Sequence record: DRR723986_1437
DNA: 64,000 nt
Direction: 5' to 3' (one strand)
Shown here: positions 9,155-18,885 of the stretch, in pieces
Numbering within the stretch: the stretch's first letter is position 1
How the letters are laid out: every line of letters begins with the position of its first letter
Notes under the pieces: generated by a model
Seen by the model: only the letters and a program-made list of their open reading frames with translations
Databases searched by the model: none
Told to the model about the DNA's origin: nothing
Translations under genes and position numbers: made by a program

Positions 9155-12100
9155 TCAATTGTGCTTCGAGTAAAAGCGATAGTGTCCAGAGTGCACCGAT
9201 GCTCCTGAATGTTTAAGCAGTACGGTGTCTCTGCTGGCCTGTTTGGAATCCAGGTCTTTGACTCGGTCCCTGTCGCTCACAAAATCAACCTTCGAACCCA
9301 GTGACTCAAAGAACGCGGTAATGATTTGTCGGTCACCTTGAACCTCGGCCATACCCGAGAGTTCTTTCAGGTTTTGTGCCAAGGCGTTGGCTTCGGTTGT
9401 GCCCTCATTTTTGATTGGACGGGAGGCGCCGACAATCTCCAGAACCTGATCTGTTAGCCGAGGAATGGCAAGTTGCAGCGTCATTTTTTGCAAGTTGGTT
9501 TCAACTTGCGCGTCGCCAACTCGATACCCCAGGTTTTTTGCTTCATCCAGTGCTTGATAAATATCCTTCACCTCATCAACATTTTTAGGCCAATACGGCT
9601 CATAGCCATCCGCCAGCATTCCGGCCTTTTTGGCGTCTGGCTGAATTTTAGTGGCCCAATCAGCTTTCACCTTTTCCAGCGCATCGAACACGCGCCGTGA
9701 TACATCTTGAATATCCGAATAAGCAATTGCGCTGGCGTTCGCTGCACGCAACCAGCAGCGATTCCCCTGGCCAGATACCTCTTGAATTTTGCGCCCACTC
9801 GCTGACAGCAGCTTGTCGATGATGGCGATTTCAGACATAGGCTTGATCGGGCTGCTTGTTTTAGCTGAACTTGTGGAACGATTGACCTTGATCGGCTGAT
9901 CATTGGCAGCCCCGATCAATAGTTTGGAGGGCGACTGATCGATTGAGGAGGACCACTCAATCACCTTCGGCAAGGGCTTTCCGTTGCCACAAGACTTCCA
10001 AAGCTTTTGCACAAAACTTTCCACCTCAACCAAGGTCCTCTTGAGTTGTGGGCTAAGTTGTCCTTGCAATTTGACAGTCAGGCTTTTTCCATCCAGATAG
10101 TCAGTCAAAGCCAGCGCATTACTTGCATCTTTTGAACCCAACAGCGGCTTTAACTGCCTTTTCAATTCAAAGACTATTGCGATGTTCTCTTTTTTTCCAA
10201 ACTGCTGGCGCAAACGCTCCTTCTGATTAATGGTGGAGAAATAACTCTGAATCGATGCAAAACTCTCTCGAATTGCCTTGCCCCCAGCCAGGTTCACGAA
10301 ATTACCCACGTTCACCGAAATGCGTCGCAAGACACCTCCGCGACGATTCGCTGCAATTTCTTTAGAAATTTCCCTTGCTGCGGTCACTGACTGTTCTGCG
10401 CCGAGGGTATCTCTTTCTGCAACCCACAAGGCGGCCTTTTTATGAAAATTACTCAACTCCTGCTTGAAAGATTCCAGACCTTCAACGCCAAGCTTGCCAT
10501 TCTTCTGCTGCCCGGCCAGCTCCACCTTGTTTTCAAAGTTTTTCAGCGTCTTCATGAATTGTGTGACCTCGAGGTGATGGGTGGTCAACAAGTCATTGGG
10601 CATGGCCGCCAGAATCAGCGAGGCCGCCTCCACAGCATGTTGGTCAGTAATCACGGCATGGGTGATATCAACCGGTTTTCCAGCTTTAAATACCTCCGCC
10701 TGCAAAGTTCCCGACAAACTGCCTAGTACCTTCAACCGGGCTCCCACATGCTCCTGAGATTTTCGCGAATAGCTGGACTCCACCTTGTAAGCCAGCGACG
10801 GTGCACTCAATGCCAGGCTTTTTGAATTGAAACCGGCTGCGCTCACATTTGCAGCCGCAAGTTGATGAATGAATATCCTGCCGTTTTTATCCAACCCTTG
10901 TGGTGAATCACAATTTGCCGTGCCCAGAAACGTCAACACTTTTTCCGAGCGCTCACTGCCCGGGGTTTTCAGTGCACCCCCCAACTCCGCAAGAAAAGGC
11001 AGCTTGTCCCCGCGCACTGTTGAATGCGTGGACTTACCCTGATTGTCAAAATTATTGAACCAGGACCCAAACTCGGACAAACAAACTTTCAACGCAGCTG
11101 ATCGCGACGATGCGCCAGCACGTCCGTATTCCAATGCCTTATTCAAGCTGAAACCATCCTGGACTGACGGTGATTCAACACCATTGGCCAACATCGGCAA
11201 ACTGCAAGGCAGCGCCTTGGCTTCAGAAGCAGGCACTGCAGCGAACCTACCGGATAAGCCCTTGAGGGCTTTCAAATCTGTTTCTGCAGCACACACAGTG
11301 CGCAAAAACGTTTCGATTTTTTTCTTCTGGCCTTCAACACCTTTGATATTCTTTTCGCACGCATCGAATTGATTCATCAACTCAAATACTTTCGTACTGT
11401 CCCGCCCTTCACCTGTTTGCTCTAACTGTTTTTGAAGTCCAGACTTTTTCTCTTGCTCCTGAGCCTCAAGCTCATCAAGCTTTTTTGCAAGGGCATTCAG
11501 CTCGACCTGATTCAACTCAACCCTGTTCTTGTTGAGCTGCACAACATTCCGAATGGAAAATTCAAGTTTGGACTGAATCATTTTGTAACCTTGAGCAGCC
11601 TTCTCATGCATGATTTGCTGGGACTTGCTTGCTCGATACCATTTCTGCACAACCTTCGCTGCTGCATTTTGGGAAACGTCGGCTGGTTCAGCCAATGCTG
11701 ATGAAGACCCGCCAGCCGAGTGCAAAGCCTCGATGACTGAACGCTGAACGCCAATCGTGTGGCCTTGCTGCCTGTTACTCAAGTCTGCTTTCCGGATAAG
11801 GTCTATGACCGACTTCTTTTCATTTGAAGTGACATGAGCCAGTTCCTTGACCCTGCGCTCAACATCAGTGAGCGTTTGTTCAAACGAACCCATATCTGAC
11901 AGCTTGGCAATTCTCTCACTCGCCTCGTCCTTGGCTTTTTGGAGTAACTCAGCAGCCTTGTCCGATTCGAGCTGCTTTTGATACTGCGCGAGTTTAGCAG
12001 GCACACCGTCCCTGACAGCAGCCTGCTGCAAAGCATTCAATGCGGCAGCTTGATCGGGTGCAGCGCTGAAAAAACTGCCAAGCCACCTCAACCATGAACT

Positions 12101-12577
12101 TGCCGGCTTGGTACTTGTTTCTGGTTTCGCCAACGGCACAGGGTTGGTGAGTGTGGAGGCGGCTGATGAAGGTTTGGCTGTGGAGATGGATGAGGCGACA
12201 GTTGTTGTATCAGGCGAAGAAGTTGAACTCACCGGGACTGGGTCGGTTTTCTTGAGCATATCGACAATCATGGACTTGAGTTCTTCTGCTTTTTGTCCAC
12301 CACCTGACTCTACTTTCTTGACCAAACCATCAATCAAGGAATTGAGTGCATCACTGATTTCTTCAGTGCCATTTATCTTGTAACACGCTTTCATCATGTC
12401 AATAACATGGGGTTGTTCAAGGGGTGTTTTGCCAAAGTTGGCATTCAACTGAGTGGCAGCCAAACCAGGGGTGACTACCGCTTGAACACCTGAACCTGAC
12501 TTGCCTGTTGCAGCGCTGGACGATCCTGTGCGCTGACTGATGGCACTGGGTATTGCGGTGGTGGTTGAAGTGGTCAT
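9155..12577 (-). CDS. Large hypothetical protein; candidate secreted effector with IQ-like motif and C-terminal OTU-like cysteine protease domain
   Basis: 1140 aa; S/T-rich N-terminus; coiled-coil-like regions; AAAKVVQKWYRASK; VSGQGNRCWLRA...SGHY near the C-terminus. Confidence 0.65.
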   Translation of the reverse strand: MTTSTTTAIPSAISQRTGSSSAATGKSGSGVQAVVTPGLAATQLNANFGKTPLEQPHVIDMMKACYKINGTEEISDALNSLIDGLVKKVESGGGQKAEELKSMIVDMLKKTDPVPVSSTSSPDTTTVASSISTAKPSSAASTLTNPVPLAKPETSTKPASSWLRWLGSFFSAAPDQAAALNALQQAAVRDGVPAKLAQYQKQLESDKAAELLQKAKDEASERIAKLSDMGSFEQTLTDVERRVKELAHVTSNEKKSVIDLIRKADLSNRQQGHTIGVQRSVIEALHSAGGSSSALAEPADVSQNAAAKVVQKWYRASKSQQIMHEKAAQGYKMIQSKLEFSIRNVVQLNKNRVELNQVELNALAKKLDELEAQEQEKKSGLQKQLEQTGEGRDSTKVFELMNQFDACEKNIKGVEGQKKKIETFLRTVCAAETDLKALKGLSGRFAAVPASEAKALPCSLPMLANGVESPSVQDGFSLNKALEYGRAGASSRSAALKVCLSEFGSWFNNFDNQGKSTHSTVRGDKLPFLAELGGALKTPGSERSEKVLTFLGTANCDSPQGLDKNGRIFIHQLAAANVSAAGFNSKSLALSAPSLAYKVESSYSRKSQEHVGARLKVLGSLSGTLQAEVFKAGKPVDITHAVITDQHAVEAASLILAAMPNDLLTTHHLEVTQFMKTLKNFENKVELAGQQKNGKLGVEGLESFKQELSNFHKKAALWVAERDTLGAEQSVTAAREISKEIAANRRGGVLRRISVNVGNFVNLAGGKAIRESFASIQSYFSTINQKERLRQQFGKKENIAIVFELKRQLKPLLGSKDASNALALTDYLDGKSLTVKLQGQLSPQLKRTLVEVESFVQKLWKSCGNGKPLPKVIEWSSSIDQSPSKLLIGAANDQPIKVNRSTSSAKTSSPIKPMSEIAIIDKLLSASGRKIQEVSGQGNRCWLRAANASAIAYSDIQDVSRRVFDALEKVKADWATKIQPDAKKAGMLADGYEPYWPKNVDEVKDIYQALDEAKNLGYRVGDAQVETNLQKMTLQLAIPRLTDQVLEIVGASRPIKNEGTTEANALAQNLKELSGMAEVQGDRQIITAFFESLGSKVDFVSDRDRVKDLDSKQASRDTVLLKHSGASVHSGHYRFYSKHN

Positions 12578-13053
12578 GGCGAGGTACTCCGGATGGTCGG
12601 TTCTGATTGGTTGGATGAATGGGTACTGAGACTGTGTAGTTTTCTGAGATCCTCAGCATTGGTCACAATGTTGAGTTGCAGAACCGCAAGCCTGGTTTTG
12701 ATAAACGCGAGGGGATCGGGGAGCTCATCGCTTGGTGGAATTTTCAGTTCGCTCAAGGTGTGCTCGAGCAATTTGAAGTTACCCAGTAAATCAGCTTGCA
12801 AATCGGCAGCCAGGTTTTGACCGCAAACAGAGCGCGCGAGCTCATCTGCGTTGCTCAGCGCTTGTTTCCAGTGAGCGGAAGGATTGTCAGCAAGACTGGC
12901 GCTGAATTTCTTCCACAAGGCGAAAGCAGCCTTGGACACGCCATCCGTATTCGCAGAAGCTTCGCTCTGGAATGATTTAGCGGCATTTGAAGCAACAATA
13001 CTTTGAGGCGTCGGGGGGGGTGAATTCCCCACCCCGGAGGGACTGACCGACAT
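12574..13053 (-). CDS. Hypothetical protein translationally coupled to the 1140-aa gene
   Basis: 159 aa; MSVSPSGVGNSPPPTPQS N-terminus; ATGA overlap with the downstream gene. Confidence 0.65.
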   Translation of the reverse strand: MSVSPSGVGNSPPPTPQSIVASNAAKSFQSEASANTDGVSKAAFALWKKFSASLADNPSAHWKQALSNADELARSVCGQNLAADLQADLLGNFKLLEHTLSELKIPPSDELPDPLAFIKTRLAVLQLNIVTNAEDLRKLHSLSTHSSNQSEPTIRSTSP

Positions 13054-13108
13054 TTATTCCCCTTGCTTGAAAATCAGCAAAACGACGGGGAATACATCCC
13101 CTTTCGAT

Positions 13109-13136
13109 TAAGGAACAAGTGCGGCCAGAAAGTTCC
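13109..13136 (-). promoter_or_regulatory. hrp-box-like promoter (one mismatch in the -10)
   Basis: Minus strand GGAACT-N15-TTCCTTA upstream of the ATG at 13053. Confidence 0.4.
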
Positions 13137-13154
13137 TTGGGTCAATGATTGCGA

Positions 13155-16100
13155 TTAGCCTCTACTGCTGTAAAACTGTGCCAACGCGGCTGCAGTGTGA
13201 CCCGCCTTCTTACCTTTGGCTTTCGCAATTTCCTGTGGGCTACCCTGTGCCACCAACTGCCCACCGCCAATGCCAGCCTCGGGACCCATGTCGATCACCC
13301 AATCAGCTTGGGCAATCAAGTCAAGGTCGTGTTCAATCACCACCACCGTGTGGCCCGCATCCACCAGCCTGTGCAGTACGGCAATCAGCTTTTCCACATC
13401 GTTCATGTGTAGGCCAACCGTGGGTTCGTCCAGCACATACAAGGTCGGGGGGCTCATTTGTACACCCGCCTTGTTTTCGCGTACTTTCACCAGCTCGGTC
13501 ACCAGCTTGATCCGCTGCGCCTCGCCACCGCTCAGCGTGGGGCTGGGCTGGCCAATAGTCAGGTACCCCAAACCAACGTCGTTCAGCAGTTGCAGGGCTT
13601 GCGCGATCGCCGGATGCGCTTCAAAAAACGGCGCTGCCTCTGAACAACTCATGTTCAAAATTTCCGCAGCGGTTTTGTCGCGCCAGGTGACTTGCAAGGT
13701 TTCCGGGTTGAATCGTTTGCCGCGACAGGCTTCACACACCACTTTCACGTCAGGCAGGAAGTTCATCTCTATGGTTTGCATGCCTTGGCCGTCGCACACC
13801 GGGCAACGGCCGGGCCCCGCATTGAAACTGAAACGGTTGGCTGCAAAGCCTCGCATCCGGGCTTCGATGGTGTCAGCCAGCACATTGCGAATTCGGTTCC
13901 AAAAGCCAATGTAAGTGGCCGGGCAACTGCGCGGTGTTTTGCCAATCGGAGTTTGGTCCACCTCCAGTACACGGGCTACTTGATCAGCACCTTCAATCGC
14001 ATCGCAGGCAAACCAGTTGTGCATGGGTTTGCCTTTCTTGTTTTGGTTCAGCACATACTGGCGCATATTGGCCAATAAAATATCGCGCGCCAAAGTCGAT
14101 TTTCCGCTACCTGACACACCAGTAATGGCGACCAAACGTCCCAGCGGAATGTCCACATTTAAACCGTTGATGTTGTGCAGTTTTGCCCCTTTAATGCTCA
14201 ATCGGGGGGTGAGTTTTTCCACCGGGCGCTTGGGCTGTAGCAAATGCGGAATCGGATTTTTCAAATAGCGGCCTGTCAGCGAGTTTTTGTCCGCTGTAAC
14301 CTCGGCCACCGTACCTTGAGAAATAATTTCGCCTCCCAGCTTGCCTGCACCAGGACCGATGTCGACCAACCGGTCAGCACGTTTCATGGTGTCAATATCG
14401 TGTTCGACCACCAACAGCGTATTGCCCTTGGCCCGAAGTTCTTCAAGCGCATCCAGCAGGCGGTGGTTGTCACGAGTGTGTAGGCCAATGGTGGGTTCGT
14501 CCAGCACGTAACACACACCGCGCAGGTTGGTGCCCAGCTGGCTGGCCAAGCGAATGCGCTGTGCTTCACCACCACTCAGAGTAGGCGCGCTGCGGTTCAG
14601 GTGCAGGTAATCAAGACCCACCTGTTTCAAAAACTTCAATCGCCCGGCCATTTCGATGCGAATGTCTTTGGCAATCGCTGTTTCGCGTTCGTCCAGTTCG
14701 AGCTGGTCCACCCACTGCAAAGCATCGCTGACGGTTTGATCAGCCAGTTCGGCGATATTGCTGTTCTTGAACTTCACAGCCAGCGCAGTGGGGTTTAGGC
14801 GTTGACCATTGCAGGAGCCACACACCATGCTTTCTCGCAAATAGCTTCCTTCGTCATTTTCAGCATTTTCGTCTGCGCTTTTGTCTTGCTCAGAAAGCCA
14901 CTTGCCTTCTTCACCTGTGGTTTCAGCATCAAACCCCTCTACCTCCTCACCCACGCCAAAGCAACTGGTACACCATCCATGTTTGCTGTTGTAACTGAAC
15001 AAGCGCGGGTCGAGCTCGGGAAAGCTGCGTGCGCAACTCGGGCATGCCCGCTTGGTGGAGTAAAACCGAATGGTGGGCGCTTCACCCTTTTTACCAGGTG
15101 CCTCAACCATGACTGTGCCTTTACCAAACTCAAGCGTTTGGACCAGCACCTCGCGCAATTCTTTTTCTGTTTTGGCCTGTACAAGCAGGGTTTTCACAGG
15201 CACCTCGATGTGGTGTTCCTGATAGCGGGCCAACTTCGGCCAGGGGTTGGTGGGCACGTACTCACCATCCACGCGCAGGCGTTCATAACCGCGGTCCACG
15301 GCCCATTTTGCAATTTCGTTGTAAATGCCTTTGCGGCCCTGCACCAGTGGTGCCAGCAGGGTTATCTCCTGCCCTTTGTAATGCTGCATGATTTGCGCCA
15401 GCATGCTGTCCATGCTTTGCGGTGCAATCGGCACTTCGCACGTGGGGCAATGCTGAATGCCCAACTTCACAAACATGAGGCGCAGGAAGTGGTACACCTC
15501 GGTCACCGTGGCGACTGTACTTTTCCGGCCACCACGGCTGGTGCGCTGCTCGATCGCCACGGTGGGGGGAATACCAAAAATGGCATCCACATCAGGCTTG
15601 GCGGCAGGCTGCACAAACTGGCGTGCGTATGCATTCAAACTTTCAAGGTAACGGCGCTGGCCTTCGGAAAACAAAATATCAAATGCCAGCGTCGATTTTC
15701 CGCTGCCCGAAGGCCCGGTAATGACAGTCATCTTTTCCCGTGGAATGGTCAGGCTGACATTTTTCAGGTTGTGCTCACGCGCATGCAAAATTTCAATGCC
15801 GTCAGTCAGGCCGCGCTTGTTGTGTTTGGTCTCCAGTCCGTACAGGGTCGCCGCCTCGGCCACCAGGTGATCACTGCCTTTGTCACTGCCTTTGTTTAAA
15901 TCGGCAGCATGCAACAGATTGGTTTGCGCAAGGTATTGTTTGATCGCAACGCCCGTGTGGCTCGCTTTGTTTTTTGCAAGCTGTTCGGGCGTTCCCTGGG
16001 CCACCAGTTCACCCCCGTATTCGCCCGCCTCGGGTCCAAGGTCGATAAGCCAATCTGCCGCGCAGATCACATCCAGATTGTGTTCAACAATCAACACACT

Positions 16101-18803
16101 GTGTCCTGCTTCCTGCAACAAACGCAGCGAACGCATCAACTTGGCCACATCGTCAAAGTGCAAACCAGTGGTCGGCTCGTCAAACACAAACAGGTCACCT
16201 CGCTTGGCCACTTTTTGACCGCTGGCGGTGAGTTTCAGGTTAGCCAGAAAACCCGCCAACTTGAGTCGTTGTGCTTCGCCACCGCTGAGCGTGGGTACAG
16301 GCTGCCCCAAACGCAAATAATTCAGCCCAACCTGTGCCAGCGGTTGCAGTGTTTTTAGTAGCGCAGAGTCTTTTTCAAACAAATCAAGCGCCTGGTCTAC
16401 GGTCAGTTCAAGTACCTGCGCCATGTTCAACACTTGGCCTTTTCGTTCAAGCGTGACTTCCAGTGCCTCTGGCCGGTAACGTGTGCCATTGCATTCGCCG
16501 CAGCGCAAATAAACATCACTCAAGAACTGCATTTCAACATGTTCAAAACCATTGCCACCACACATGGGGCAGCGGCCATCGCCACTGTTGAAACTGAAGA
16601 AGCCGGGTTTGTAATCCCGCTCTACAGCAATTTTTGTTTTGGAGAACAGTTTGCGCAGTTCATCAAACGCGCCGACATAGCTGGCGGGGTTGCTTCGCGT
16701 TGTTTTGCCGATTGGGCTTTGGTCAACAAATGCCAATTCGGAAATGAGTTCAACACCCTCCACGGAATCGAACTCACCGGGGGCCTCTGTGGGCTCACCT
16801 TTTATTTTCTTGATCGCGGGCACCAGTACATCTTGTACCAAGGTGCTTTTGCCTGAACCTGAAACACCTGTGAGTACCACCAATCTGTTGAGCGGCAGTT
16901 TGAGATCGATGTTTTTCAAGTTGTTGGCGCGCACACCGGTCAAGGTAATGTGCTCTGTGGAATCGCCCAACGGCTCGATGTATTCCACCACCTTCAGTTC
17001 ACCCTTCAAGTAGCGGGCAGTCAGCGAGTTTGCCTGAGCGATTTTGGCGGGCGCGCCATCAAATACAATATTGCCCCCGGCTTCACCCGGGCCCGGGCCA
17101 ATGTCTACGAGCCTGTCAGCCTGGTTCATCAATTGCGGGTCGTGCTCCACCACCACCAAGGTATTTCCTGCCTCTTTCAAACGCTGCATGGCCTGCGCTA
17201 CGCGCGCAATATCGCGGGGATGCAAGCCGACGGAGGGTTCGTCCAATACAAACAAGGTATTCACCAGCGAACTACCCAATGCCGTGGTCAGATTGATTCG
17301 CTGTACTTCACCACCACTGAGGGTTCTGCTTTGCCTGTCCAGCGTCAAATAACCCAAACCCACTTGAATGAGGAAGCCCAGGCGGGTACGAATTTCCTGA
17401 AGCACCAAGTCACTGGCTTCATCGAGTGCACCGGGCAGTTGCAGGTTTTTGAACAGCTGCGCCACCTTCAACAGCGGCATTTGCATGATTTCATGAATGC
17501 TGTGCTTGCCCGAATCGCTGGGCAACTTCCAGAGCAGGGAATCGGGCTTCAGACGCGCGCCGTTGCAGTCACCACACGGGGTGTAACTGCGATATTTGGA
17601 CAACATCACGCGCACGTGCATTTTGTAGGTACGGCTTTCGAGCCATTCAAAAAAACGGGCTACACCATAGAACAAGTGACCGTCCCAATTCCCATCAAAA
17701 TTGGCATCGCCCTCAATCACCCACAGCTTGTGTTCTTCGGGCAAATGTTTGTAAGCGATGTCGGTGGCGATACCGCGTTTTTTGGCAAATTTCACCAAGT
17801 CTTTCTGGCAGCTTTTAAAACTTTCCGTGGTCCAGGGCTTCACCGCGCCCTCCTCCAGCGATTTGTTTTCGTCGGGAACCACCAATCCGTAATCAATACC
17901 GATGACACGTCCAAAGCCGCGGCAGGTGTCACACGCACCCAAGGGTGAATTGAAGCTGAAGTGGCTGGGCAAAGGGCTTGAATAATCCAGATCACAAGTG
18001 GCGCAATGCAGGCCCTCGGAAAAACGCCAAGGCTGTTGCTCGTCATCGCCCTCGTCAGGCAATGCAAACACATTCACCTTGCCCTTGCCCCTGTGCAAGG
18101 CGCTGGCCACAGCGTCACTAAAGCGGCTTTCCTCAACACCCGCGACGCGGAAACGGTCTTGCACCACATCCAGCAATTTCTCCACGATGCTGCGGCCTTT
18201 TTTAATCGGCGTTTCGCGGTGAATACGGGTGTAGCCTTGCGCGCTCAGGAAGTCTTCAATTTCCTGAGTCGTAAATTTTGCGGGTACACGCACCGGGAAT
18301 GTAATCACCAAACGCGGGTCGTTCTGTGCGGCGGCCTTGTCCAGTATCGATTGTTTGATGGTGGCTACGGTGTCTTCACGTACCCACTGGCCACACTGTC
18401 GGCAATGCAAATGAGCCGCGCGGGCGTAAATCAACTTCAGGTGATCGTTGATTTCGGTCATGGTGCCCACGGTGCTGCGGGAGGTGCGCACAGGGTTGGC
18501 TTGGTCAATTGCGATGGCAGGCAAGACGCCTTCGATGCTATCTACATCGGGTTTGTCCATGCGGTCGAGAAACTGGCGCGCATAAGGCGAAAAGGTTTCG
18601 ACATAGCGACGCTGACCCTCTGCATACAGGGTATCGAACACCAATGAGCTTTTACCACTGCCCGACACACCCGTGAACACGGTAATTTCACCGGTCTTGA
18701 TGTCAATGTCGACGTTTTTGAGATTGTGCTGCCGCGCCCCCTTGATACGAATCACATTGCCAAGGTACTGGGAATTCTCGGTTTTTTTCGCTTTGGTGGT
18801 CAT
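13155..18803 (-). CDS. uvrA: Excinuclease ABC subunit A, double-length form
   Basis: 1882 aa; four Walker A motifs (GxSGSGKS), four LSGGE signatures, multiple CxxC zinc fingers; two UvrA units in tandem. Confidence 0.92.
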   Translation of the reverse strand: MTTKAKKTENSQYLGNVIRIKGARQHNLKNVDIDIKTGEITVFTGVSGSGKSSLVFDTLYAEGQRRYVETFSPYARQFLDRMDKPDVDSIEGVLPAIAIDQANPVRTSRSTVGTMTEINDHLKLIYARAAHLHCRQCGQWVREDTVATIKQSILDKAAAQNDPRLVITFPVRVPAKFTTQEIEDFLSAQGYTRIHRETPIKKGRSIVEKLLDVVQDRFRVAGVEESRFSDAVASALHRGKGKVNVFALPDEGDDEQQPWRFSEGLHCATCDLDYSSPLPSHFSFNSPLGACDTCRGFGRVIGIDYGLVVPDENKSLEEGAVKPWTTESFKSCQKDLVKFAKKRGIATDIAYKHLPEEHKLWVIEGDANFDGNWDGHLFYGVARFFEWLESRTYKMHVRVMLSKYRSYTPCGDCNGARLKPDSLLWKLPSDSGKHSIHEIMQMPLLKVAQLFKNLQLPGALDEASDLVLQEIRTRLGFLIQVGLGYLTLDRQSRTLSGGEVQRINLTTALGSSLVNTLFVLDEPSVGLHPRDIARVAQAMQRLKEAGNTLVVVEHDPQLMNQADRLVDIGPGPGEAGGNIVFDGAPAKIAQANSLTARYLKGELKVVEYIEPLGDSTEHITLTGVRANNLKNIDLKLPLNRLVVLTGVSGSGKSTLVQDVLVPAIKKIKGEPTEAPGEFDSVEGVELISELAFVDQSPIGKTTRSNPASYVGAFDELRKLFSKTKIAVERDYKPGFFSFNSGDGRCPMCGGNGFEHVEMQFLSDVYLRCGECNGTRYRPEALEVTLERKGQVLNMAQVLELTVDQALDLFEKDSALLKTLQPLAQVGLNYLRLGQPVPTLSGGEAQRLKLAGFLANLKLTASGQKVAKRGDLFVFDEPTTGLHFDDVAKLMRSLRLLQEAGHSVLIVEHNLDVICAADWLIDLGPEAGEYGGELVAQGTPEQLAKNKASHTGVAIKQYLAQTNLLHAADLNKGSDKGSDHLVAEAATLYGLETKHNKRGLTDGIEILHAREHNLKNVSLTIPREKMTVITGPSGSGKSTLAFDILFSEGQRRYLESLNAYARQFVQPAAKPDVDAIFGIPPTVAIEQRTSRGGRKSTVATVTEVYHFLRLMFVKLGIQHCPTCEVPIAPQSMDSMLAQIMQHYKGQEITLLAPLVQGRKGIYNEIAKWAVDRGYERLRVDGEYVPTNPWPKLARYQEHHIEVPVKTLLVQAKTEKELREVLVQTLEFGKGTVMVEAPGKKGEAPTIRFYSTKRACPSCARSFPELDPRLFSYNSKHGWCTSCFGVGEEVEGFDAETTGEEGKWLSEQDKSADENAENDEGSYLRESMVCGSCNGQRLNPTALAVKFKNSNIAELADQTVSDALQWVDQLELDERETAIAKDIRIEMAGRLKFLKQVGLDYLHLNRSAPTLSGGEAQRIRLASQLGTNLRGVCYVLDEPTIGLHTRDNHRLLDALEELRAKGNTLLVVEHDIDTMKRADRLVDIGPGAGKLGGEIISQGTVAEVTADKNSLTGRYLKNPIPHLLQPKRPVEKLTPRLSIKGAKLHNINGLNVDIPLGRLVAITGVSGSGKSTLARDILLANMRQYVLNQNKKGKPMHNWFACDAIEGADQVARVLEVDQTPIGKTPRSCPATYIGFWNRIRNVLADTIEARMRGFAANRFSFNAGPGRCPVCDGQGMQTIEMNFLPDVKVVCEACRGKRFNPETLQVTWRDKTAAEILNMSCSEAAPFFEAHPAIAQALQLLNDVGLGYLTIGQPSPTLSGGEAQRIKLVTELVKVRENKAGVQMSPPTLYVLDEPTVGLHMNDVEKLIAVLHRLVDAGHTVVVIEHDLDLIAQADWVIDMGPEAGIGGGQLVAQGSPQEIAKAKGKKAGHTAAALAQFYSSRG
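15871..15894. repeat. 12-bp tandem duplication in the uvrA inter-unit linker
   Basis: tcactgcctttg x2, encoding KGSDKGSD. Confidence 0.8.
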
Positions 18804-18885
18804 GGGGCGCCTGGGGTAAAACGGTTGCTACAGGCGGTTAATTGTACCTGTAGCAATCGCTTTTACCTGGCTTGGAGCGCTTTAC

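Noticed and set aside
13110-13138. aaggaac...gttcctt inverted repeat as the uvrA terminator
   Set aside because: 7-bp stem, long loop, no U-tract; the hrp-like promoter reading is preferred, though uncertain
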